DNA of 59,761 bases, the filler included. It is 4 parts of 4 records of this genome, joined end to end, with 100 filler letters (N's around TTAATTAATTAA, not from the genome) between each part and the next. Parts side by side here need not be neighbours in the genome. Positions count along the whole stretch, not along the records: positions 29,340 to 45,926 come from DRR378314_147; positions 46,027 to 52,807 come from DRR378314_151; positions 52,908 to 59,761 come from DRR378314_156; 1 more part is not named here. The stretch is one strand, 5' to 3'. Both the position numbers and the translations under genes were made by a program. Below the pieces are notes generated by a model. The model was not told the origin of the DNA. It worked only from the letters and a program-made list of their open reading frames with translations, and searched no databases. Positions 44,337 through 59,761 of the stretch are shown here, piece by piece; the stretch's first letter is position 1; every line of letters starts with the position of its first letter.

Positions 44337-44971
44337 CGGAGGAGAGCCGGATGACAGAGGCAGCGTTGAACGCGTCAGTAGAGCAGCCCATGGCACATGA
44401 AGAGGATCGCCTGCGCGCGGATCTCTACAATTACCTCGGGCTGATGCTGGCTTCCGCGCCGGACCAGATGCTGCTGGAGCAGACCGCCGGGCTGAGTGGC
44501 GACGACACCCCGCTGGGGCAAGCGATCACGCAGCTGTCGCGGGTGGCAAAACGCACCAAACCTGCCGGAGCGGAACGAGAGTTCAACGCGCTGTTCATCG
44601 GCCTTGGCCGGGGCGAACTGCTGCCCTACGCCAGCTACTATCTGACCGGGTTCCTCAATGAAAAACCACTGGCGGCGCTGCGCAGTGACATGAGCGTTCG
44701 CGGCTTGAGCCGTGCGCCCAACAGTTTTGAGCCCGAAGACAACATCGCCTCCTTGATGGAGATGATGGGCGCAATGATCGTGGGGCGCTTTGGCGCTCCG
44801 GCCACGCTCGACGAACAAAAGACGTTCTTCAACAAACACATCGGTCCCTGGGCGACGCATTTCTTTGCCGACCTTGAGGGAGCAAAGAACTCGGTGCTCT
44901 ATGCGTCGGTCGCCGCGGTGGGGCGTGCCTTCATGGAGATCGAGGCAGAGGCATTTCGCATGGGCGGCTGA
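44333..44971 (+). CDS. TorD/DmsD-family molybdoenzyme chaperone
   Basis: RADLYNYLG, LFIGLGRGELLPYASYY, EPEDNIA and FFNKHIGPW. Confidence 0.9.
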   Translation: MTEESRMTEAALNASVEQPMAHEEDRLRADLYNYLGLMLASAPDQMLLEQTAGLSGDDTPLGQAITQLSRVAKRTKPAGAEREFNALFIGLGRGELLPYASYYLTGFLNEKPLAALRSDMSVRGLSRAPNSFEPEDNIASLMEMMGAMIVGRFGAPATLDEQKTFFNKHIGPWATHFFADLEGAKNSVLYASVAAVGRAFMEIEAEAFRMGG

Positions 44972-45082
44972 TTGGCCCCGGCGAAGACCATTCATGACGC
45001 GCGTGGTGGGCACGCGCAGGGCGAGGCGGCCCGAACGCCTGAAGAGTTGGACCCGACAAGACCAAAGAGGAGGAGGATCCAC

Positions 45083-45271
45083 ATGTCACGGAAAGAGGAT
45101 GGCGCAAGCCGCCGCGACTTTCTGAAACTGGCTGCAACCACCACGCCCGTAGCGGCGGTGGCGCTTGCAACCACCGGAGGCGAGGCCGAGGCCGCGACCC
45201 CGGACCTGTCATCGGACAAGATGCAGGATACCGCGCATACCCGCGCCTATTACGACAGCACCCGGTTCTGA
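45083..45271 (+). CDS. Small Tat-signal protein preceding the FDH alpha subunit
   Basis: GGAGG ribosome-binding site; SRRDFLK twin-arginine motif; C-terminal TAHTRAYYDSTRF. Confidence 0.85.
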   Translation: MSRKEDGASRRDFLKLAATTTPVAAVALATTGGEAEAATPDLSSDKMQDTAHTRAYYDSTRF

Positions 45272-45383
45272 CCGGATGCCTTTCATGCCTGAGCCGACTG
45301 GTTGCGTGACGCCCGACTGAGCACAGGTTTCTCAATGAACCCAGCGCGTTCCTGACTGCAGGGACAAGCAAGGGAGGTTTAAA

Positions 45384-45926
45384 ATGCTTAGGAAAAAGAC
45401 CAACGGGGTAGCGCGACGCCCCCAGCGGACCAGTATCCTGTCCAAGGTCGGCGAAACAGCCGTCGACCGCCGCGCTTTCCTGCGCGGCTCAGGCCTTGCC
45501 ATCGGCGGGCTTGCAGCGATCAGCGCCACCGGCGGGACCGTGACGCAGGCCAATGCGGCGGCTTCGGCAACCGGTAAGGTCGAAACGATCAAATCTGTCT
45601 GCACCCACTGCTCGGTCGGCTGTACCGTGATTGCCGAGGTGCAGGATGGTGTCTGGACCGGTCAGGAACCCGGTTGGGACAGCCCCTTCAACCTTGGCTC
45701 GCATTGCGCCAAAGGTGCATCGGTACGCGAACACGCCCACGGCGAGCGTCGCCTGAAGTACCCGATGAAGAAAGAAGGCGGTGAGTGGAAGCGCATCAGC
45801 TGGGAACAGGCGATCGACGAGATCGGCGACGGCATGATGCAGATCCGCGAAGAAAGCGGCCCTGACAGCGTCTATTGGCTCGGCTCGGCCAAGCACAACA
45901 ACGAACAGGCCTATCTGTTCCGCAAG
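45384..45926 (+). CDS. fdhA: Formate dehydrogenase alpha subunit (Mo/W-bisPGD), Tat-exported, 3' truncated
   Basis: DRRAFLR Tat motif; CTHCSVGC...HCAKG [4Fe-4S] motif; RLKYPM, ISWEQAIDEI and GSAKHNNE. Confidence 0.92.
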
Positions 45927-46026
45927 NNNNNNNNNNNNNNNNNNNNNNNNNNNNNNNNNNNNNNNNNNNNTTAATTAATTAANNNNNNNNNNNNNNNNNN
46001 NNNNNNNNNNNNNNNNNNNNNNNNNN
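45927..46026. other. Artificial contig-joining spacer
   Basis: N44-TTAATTAATTAA-N44. Confidence 0.98.
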
Positions 46027-46027
46027 G

Positions 46028-52554
<6,527 letters not shown>

Positions 52555-52781
52555 GGTGCTCTCGTGCGCGTGCGCGCAGGAGGGGAGCGCTTTCGACTCG
52601 CGCCGCAGCGCGCTGCGCGAAGTGGCGGGCTCCGTGCGCACTCCCTCCTCGTTCCCGCTCTTTCTACCCGCTCCTGCTCTCATCTTCGTCCCCTCCGATC
52701 CGATTTCTATCTGTGCGGGTGTTTCACGATGTTGAATAAAGTATCACTTTTCTCCTACGCCTACACTTAAGAGCCCGCTCC

Positions 52782-52807
52782 CACACACACACACACACAC
52801 ACACACA
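52782..52807. repeat. (CA)n microsatellite at the end of contig 3
   Basis: Read directly from the sequence. Confidence 0.92.
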
Positions 52808-52907
52808 NNNNNNNNNNNNNNNNNNNNNNNNNNNNNNNNNNNNNNNNNNNNTTAATTAATTAANNNNNNNNNNNNNNNNNNNNNNNNNNNNNNNNNNNNN
52901 NNNNNNN
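52808..52907. other. Artificial contig-joining spacer
   Basis: N44-TTAATTAATTAA-N44. Confidence 0.98.
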
Positions 52908-54000
52908 TTCAAGATCAAATGTGCATGGACGGGCCAGCGGTTAGGAAGTACAGTTGATTGGCGCAAGCTCTTGTCTAGGCTTGCACCGACTCCGCTCACA
53001 CGCGCACGCTCCGCAAGGCTTCCACACACTACGGTTGTGTGAATAGGAGCACCGCTGGTGTCGCGCAGCCGACGGAGCTCTGGGGATCTGCATCGCCGCA
53101 TGCCGCGAGAAACGCCAACGAAGCCAGTGACAAGTAGCATCGTATGATATACCAAAATTTCAAGCTGCTGGCGTGGAGGAATAGTCTTGGCATGAGCCTG
53201 GAAACGTGTTCGTTGGCCTTGCGGTAGAAGCTGCAGCCGTACGTCTTGCATCAGCGCCTGCGCGCACTCGGCACCGTTTTGTCGCTGCAAGAGCCGGAAT
53301 TAGCCTAGCGGAAAGTCGCGCAAGCGCCGAGCATGCTGCCGAACGCGGCCCTTCGTGCTCTTTCCCAGTTGCATTTCCCGCCTCGGCGGACCACTGTGGC
53401 CAAAGAAAACATGTCTTAGCATACATTACCAAAGTGGTGCGCTTCGCTTGTTTCGTGCTGTGCGTACGAGTTCTTCAATTTTGCTGGGTTCGCCCCGTGT
53501 GTCGTGCAAGAGCAAGCGTGTGCCTGAGTCAAGGCAGGTTACTGGTGGTGTCCTGGCGAGCCACGCCTGTGCTACGAAGCTCCGGGTGTGCCGTCCGTCC
53601 CTTCGTTATCGTGCTACGGTATCTTGTAGTATAACTGAAAGATAAGTCAGTCCTGTGGTGGGTACTGTGGAAACTTTTTGTGAGCGTATAGGTCGACACA
53701 TCCACAAACTCGGCACTCCAACGAACGTGTAGTCGTACGAGATATCGGGCACGCAGGGGCAGCGCCGGAGAGGTCTGAAGCTACGCAGGGCCAAGCGGAC
53801 CGTAACTTCTGTGCTCCTGCTTGCCAACTGCGGGCCGCTACATTCCACATTGACCCACGTCGTATGACGCTGAGAGGCATAATAAAATGTATTGGGGTAT
53901 TCGTGCTTTTCGCACGAATTCACAAGCTGACGAACGAGTAGCGCACTGCGAACCGGTTCCTATTCCCGCTGTTGTCCTCTGTCCCTGTCGGCACGTGCAG

Positions 54001-57000
54001 AAACGGAACGTCGATGATTTCCTTGATTGTCCCTCCAAAGGATCAAATTGCGCGCGTAGGGAAGATGCTGAGTGATGAGTTGGGAACTGCGTCGAACATC
54101 AAATCGCGTGTCAATCGCCTCTCGGTTCTTTCCGCCATTACCTCGACCTTGCAGCGCCTGAAACTGTATAACAAGATCCCTCCCAATGGTCTCGTTATTT
54201 ACTGCGGCGAAATCCTCACGGACGAAGGAAAGGAAAAGAAAGTCAACATTGATTTCGAGCCTTTTAAGCCAATCAACACGTCGCTGTACCTGTGCGATAA
54301 CAAGTTTCACACCGAGGCACTTCAAGAGCTATTGGAAAGCGATGACAAGTTTGGTTTTATTGTCATGGACGGAAACGGGTCGCTCTTCGGTACAGTGCAG
54401 GTGCGTATTCGCGCCAAACTTGCCGCCTGGCATCGTGTCCCGAGACACGGCCTATCCTGTGCACGCTGTGCTCTTCCCGCAGGCACATGCGCGAAAGCCT
54501 TTGTATAGTCAAAACGTTGCGAATTGTAACTTTTATGTTGCAAGGGAAAACCGTATGCAGTGCGCGTATTGCTTTCAGAGTTAGGATGCTGTGGCACAGT
54601 GTCGTAAGCTCCTGCAAGGAACGTGCGGCACTGAAGCTCCTCGCAGCCACGTGCTGTGCAATGTAAGGTAACAGCACGCTGCTGGCGAGTAGAAACGCGC
54701 ACCGGCCTTCCACGGAGGAAGCACACATAACTTACTGTATTTACGAATGAAGGAGTTGGCTCCGGGTGGTTAGAAAAGGTTTACTGTTTGCCATTTCTGC
54801 ATTGTCGCCTACCGGAAGGGGCGTTCACTTGCGACGTGCGCGGCCTCTCGCCAGTCTGGCAGAGGATTTGTCTCGTGCCTGCTGCGAGCTGAACCAGGTG
54901 CTTTCAGTTGTCCTGAGCAAATTTCGTGCGCGTTTGACCATGTGATGTGCTTTGTCGCCCGTGTATTTCAGGGAAGTAACCGCACAGTGCTGCACAAGTT
55001 CACGGTCGATCTTCCGAAAAAGCACGGCCGCGGTGGTCAATCTGCTCTTCGTTTCGCGCGTCTTCGCCTTGAGAAGCGCCACAACTACCTGCGGAAGGTT
55101 GCGGAGCACGCAGTTCAATTCTTCATCTCAAACGATCGGGTATGTCGTTCCTTTTTATCGTATCGTGATCGATGCTCGAGTTGCATTCTCATTTTTTTGC
55201 CTTTTGTTTTTTTTTTCTTCTGCATATTATTATTTGTTTGTTTATTTATTTTTGTTTGTTTGTTTAGCCGGCGGGCTTTCTCCAGGCGCTTGTCTCTGTG
55301 AACACGTGCGTACGAGGCAAACGTTGCACGCGCAACGTGCCGCGCAATCATCTTATACGATGCGAATTATGTCGTGTTTCGTGTCCGCTCCGTTGCAGCC
55401 AAATGTTGCTGGCCTCATTTTGGCTGGTTCCGCAGAATTCAAGACGGAGCTGCAGCGTTCAGACCTCTTCGATCAGCGCCTCAACGATATCGTGATCAAG
55501 ACGGTCGATGTTAGCTACGGAGGAGAGAATGGGTTCAACCAGGCCATTGAATTGTCCGCCGATGCCCTGGCAAATGTCAAGTTCATCCAAGAAAAGCGTC
55601 TCATCTCACGTTTCTTCGAGGAAATCGCGCTAGACAGCCAGAAATACTGCTTCGGCGTCGAAGACACGCTCAAGGTTTGTATGCCGATGAAATGCCCCCG
55701 TCTACGCTGCACGCGTGGTGCCCCGGAGGATAGCGTTTCTTCCATGCAGTGACACAGCACCGACTGCCCTGCCCAGCCGTCAGACTGCTCCAACGATAGT
55801 TCTGTCAATGCGCTGCATTGGAGCTGAGACGAAGTTGTAGAAAAAAAGTGTCTTCCTGCCACACCAACGATATCCCCCCGCGGCTTGCTGCGCCCCGTGC
55901 AGGCTCTGGAAATGGGAGCTGTAGAAACCCTCATTGTGTTCGAGAACCTCGAAGTTACTCGCTTTACCCTCCGTAACAACGCCACAGAGGAGGAAGTCAT
56001 AAAGAATCTCCGCCCTGACCAGGAGAAGGATGCCACTCACTTCCACGACAAGGAAACAGGTGTGTGCATTCGCGGCCTGCTTCCCGACTGCGGGTCCGTG
56101 TGCCTAGCGTTTCGCAACGATGGCAGGCGATGCCGTGTTGCGACGGGTCGAGGAGAAGCGTGACTGTGAAATCTTGGCACAGCGCACGGGGCACGTTCAG
56201 GCTCCACAATCCTTTTTGTTTGCGTTGGTATCTAGGGGGGCGACGACGACGTATACTTCTTGTGCATTAGATAGAATGATTGCGAGAGCCCACCGCGTTA
56301 GGCAGTTGTGAGCTCCGTCGACTTCGCGCGTTGCACCCCGGAGATTGACAAGGATGAACCGCAGCGAAGCCTAGCCGGAGCTCACGCATTCAACTCACTC
56401 TACCCGGTTTCGAATCGCATCGGTCCGCTTGTTCATCAGGCGCCGAACTGGAAGTTGTGGACTCGATTTTGCTTGTCGAATGGCTCACGTTGAACTACAA
56501 GGGATTTGGGGCAACGATGGACTTTGTCACCGATCGCTCCCAAGAGGGGTCACAGTTTGTCAGGGTGCGTCTCCTCAGCTAGATGCTGCTCTCTGGCAAC
56601 GTGCTTTCTTGGCTCTGATGCCGTGAGCGTGGCTTAGCGATACCTTCGAACAGGAAACACGATATACTTGCGCTCACGAACCGCAGGTCAGCGCGTTCCC
56701 CGTACAGAGCTGTCTTGAATCTTGCCGTGATGCGTTGCCGACGCATGACGCTAAGCCGTGCTCGCCCCTGCGGTGGCAAGGGAGTCGAGTCTTGTTGCTT
56801 GGCCGTTACCGTTGCTATTGCTGCAATTGGGCGCGTTGGGCCGGCTCAAGAGGAGACACCGCGAATGCCGCCGCATGCGCGCGCTTTCGCCTACATTTGC
56901 TACGTTCGGCCTTTTGTATAAAAAAACGAAAACTCGTTGTCCTCACGCGCATTTCCCATCCTCGAAAACGGTTGCGCAGGGATTCGGTGGCATCGGGGGA

Positions 57001-57087
57001 ATCCTGCGGTACCAGTTGGACTTCCAAGCAATGGAATACGTGTCGGAAGAAGAGTACGACAGCTTCGACGAGGATGATTTTATGTAG
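54001..57087 (+). CDS. ETF1: Eukaryotic peptide chain release factor 1 (first exon(s) not found in the contig)
   Basis: Exons 54001-54400 (GTS, TASNIKS, YLCDNKF), 54972-55139 (GRGGQS), 55399-55674, 55903-56059, 56440-56564 and 56980-57087 ([11 protein letters not shown]...DDFM*). All junctions are GT-AG. Confidence 0.97.
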
Positions 57088-57881
57088 CCTGGCCGGTGCG
57101 ACGGGGATCTTTCCGCACCGCCCAGCGCTTGTAATGGGGAATAATATGTAGGAATTTTCTATTCCATGCAGATGGATTCATGCGTGCACGAATGGTCGAG
57201 AGTGATCGCAAGCAGCATAGAGGGCTGTTGCGTTGCGACCTGCTGCAGCCGCGCAGGCAGGATCGTTGTGGCCGTGTGCGTCTCCTATGGAGTGTTGTTT
57301 TGTGAAGCAATAGGAGCCCTGGGTGCTTTGCAGTGCAGTCTTTTTGTTCCTACGTTCTTTTTGTACACCAAGGCGCGATATGTGATGTGGCGTTCGTTGT
57401 CAATGACGGTGAAAGCTCCTCCTTTTCTTCTGCATTCTTCGAGAAACACGTCTGCTTGCTCCTGGGATCCGGTGTTCGCCCTTCGCGGCGGGGAGCCTCC
57501 AATGCTTGCTTGCACGTGGGCAGAACGAGTGCGGCCGCTCGGAGAAACTAAACAAAAAGGAAACGGATTTCGCCATGTTAGCGTGGCTTTGACTTTGGGC
57601 GGTGCCAATGGAATAAACGGTGCCCTTCTGCCTTGTCTTTTTTTCCTTGGACTTCCACGGAGACGTCCGCCAACAAACTTTGTGCAAGCGGTCGAGTGCG
57701 AGCCCGCTCATGTACAGTATTGCGATACAATATATATTGGAAATTTGGACAAAGCGTTGACGCGCGGCTTTGGCGTTTCTTGCGCGGCGTGCAACACTCC
57801 TGTTATAATCCTGGCACAACGCTTCTTGCGCAGCATCTCGCATCGCTCCCGTGACCATTGTAGTACCTAGTGCCCTAAGCA

Positions 57882-59598
57882 ATGGGTGCATCAAAGAAAG
57901 TATGGCTTCCGCTGGAAAGTAATCCTGACGTTATGAACAAGGTAATGATCCATCAGCGGCGCTCGCTTGCCAAGCGCTGTGGTACACGCGTACCGTGCGC
58001 TGGTTCGCCTGGCCTTGGCCGTCTGTATGTGAAACCAGAGCTTGCTCGCTTTTGATCCCGAACTCGCTGCACGTATCTATTCGTATACTTTACATGCATG
58101 GCACAGTTTGCGCGGGCGATGAATGTCCCGGCTGCGTACTCATTTGCCGACGTCTACGGCACCGACGAGGAGTTGCTGGGCATGGTGCCTCAACCAGTTG
58201 TGGCGGTATTGCTTCTCTTTCCGGTGTCTGCCAAGGTATGTCCAATCGTGCGCTCTGGCCTGCAGCGCGTACGCAATCAAGATTTCATTCCTCATATCAT
58301 TTTACCTTGGCGGATCTTTGCTGCTGTGCGACAGCTGTTGGATACACTGTCGCAATAGCTGTCGGCTACACGCGTAGGCCGCCCGGGTGCTTTCCGCTCC
58401 GCACTCGCTCGTGCGAGAGCCAGTCGGTTGCCAGAACCGCAGCGCACACGCCGACTCTCGCGCTCGCTGTGGCTTTGCGTGCTATTGTATGCATCCAGTC
58501 TGAAGAAGCGCGGCATTTACAGGAGGAGGACCGCAAGTCACGCGGAGATACGGCTCCCTCTGGCGTTTTCTTCACCAAGCAGACGGTGCGTCCGCAGCGC
58601 GCAAGCGCGCACACCATCGATTCCGACGCGCGCCCGAGTCCAGCACGTGAGCTGCTTCACGCCTCCGTGCATCGCGGTGCACTGCAACCTGGCGCCATCC
58701 CTTTTCCTCGCTGACGCCTCATATGACGGATCTTTGTATTCTTGCAGATTGGCAATGCATGTGGTACTATTGCGCTCTTGCATGCATTCGCAAATCTTTC
58801 GAGAAAAGACCCGTCGCTGCAGAACACGTGGTTTGGCAGGTTTGCAGAGAGCAGTGCCGACAGCCCGCCGGAGAAACGCGCAGCGGCTTTAGAGCAAGAC
58901 GATGAGCTCGAGCAGGTGCACGAGGTGCGCGCGCTTGCCTCTCGCGTGTCGCCTTGGCGTACTATTTGTTCGTCTACCGATTGGCTTGCCCCGTTGGGTG
59001 GACGGGTCATGGCGCCGCGCACTTGAAGGCGCATGCGCGAAATCCACAGGCGCTACGTGCACTACGCCGAGGTTTCCTTCCCTGTTACGCATGTGGGTTC
59101 TGCACCATGTAGCTGCGAGCACACTGGAATTGAGTCCCACCTCTTTCACTACGAAGAGCCCTTTGCAGGGTTTTGCCACTTCGTCCCATCCACTACTCTT
59201 CATCATCGGAAATTGCTGATTTTGTGTGATACGAAATGTGTCGGCACTGGTGTGTGGTCGCGGCTGACAAGAGCATGCACAGATCACCTCGCAATACGTC
59301 TCGCACGCAACACCGTCTTCGCCCTGTCCTGGGGCGAGATGCAGTCAGTAATGTGCTGAATGGGGTGTGCACAGAGCAAGCGCTTTGAGAATTGGTATCT
59401 ACAAAGGTCGGCACCGTAAACGAGGATGGAACCTTTGTAGCAAAGAACGATCTTCCACGTCAAGTTGTGCAATACTGAAAATCGACGGCGGAATCCGCGC
59501 GTTCGTGCCGTGTTCTGCTGTACAATGCAGGAAGTTTCCCACGAAGGACAGACCGCGCCACCCTCCGTGGACGAACCCGTCGAACTTCATTTCATATG
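57882..59598 (+). CDS. Ubiquitin C-terminal hydrolase (UCHL3/YUH1-like), 3' end beyond the window
   Basis: MGASKKVWLPLESNPDVMNK|FARAM...VPQPVVAVLLLFP|...FFTKQT|IGNACGTIALLHA (catalytic Cys)...|EVSHEGQT...VELHFI (catalytic His). Confidence 0.93.
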
Positions 59599-59761
59599 GC
59601 ACGTATGACTGCATGGGTGCAAATAACAGCAGCAATCTTGTATACGTCGCCGGCGCCGCTGTGCTGCGTAGTCAAGGAAGCCCCTCACAGCCCGGCGATC
59701 GCTCGCGCGCGTCAAAGTGCACGCAAGACTACGGCCGCAATTCCCGTGGACTTCCCACCTC

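Noticed and set aside
29240..46026. Horizontal transfer of a urease/FDH island into a eukaryotic chromosome
   Set aside because: Both junctions are artificial spacers and the genes are truncated at them, so there is no evidence of physical linkage.
52908..54000. eRF1 first exon (FKIK at the contig start) or a snoRNA in the upstream 1.1 kb
   Set aside because: No exon ending ...ARG with a phase-2 donor was found, and there is no clear C/D box pair. I treated it as intron with the exon beyond the contig edge.
54001..54400. Variant genetic code signalled by eRF1
   Set aside because: The GTS, TASNIKS and YxCxxxF motifs are canonical. TAA, TAG and TGA all end genes here, and I found no in-frame stops in conserved exons.

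Overview
This window is not one locus. It is four contigs joined by artificial 100-nt spacers (N44-TTAATTAATTAA-N44 at 29240-29339, 45927-46026 and 52808-52907). Contigs 1 (1-29239), 3 (46027-52807) and 4 (52908-59761) come from an intron-rich eukaryote, probably a protist, with GT-AG introns and the standard genetic code. They encode GTPBP2, DIM1, an intronless protein with three PH-like membrane repeats, an ICME-like esterase, a miniature neurofibromin-like RasGAP, a TM-PH protein, a CLU-like/WD40 protein, a tandem-VHS protein, a class I PI3K, eRF1 and a UCH deubiquitinase. Contig 2 (29340-45926) is a GC-rich, Rhodobacteraceae-like alphaproteobacterial fragment. It carries a urease operon (ureD-A-orf-B-C), a CoA-transferase, an XRE regulator with a CocE/NonD hydrolase, and a formate dehydrogenase accessory cluster. 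Best leads: a truncated TupA-like/cytochrome c fusion and a ligase-like orphan in the FDH cluster; a 55-aa His-rich membrane microprotein inside the urease operon that the ORF track misses; a probable ATC start for ureD; the triple PH-like membrane protein; a possible CLU-WD40-TM-PH fusion; and a candidate poison exon in eRF1. All family assignments come from recognising motifs by eye. No searches were run.
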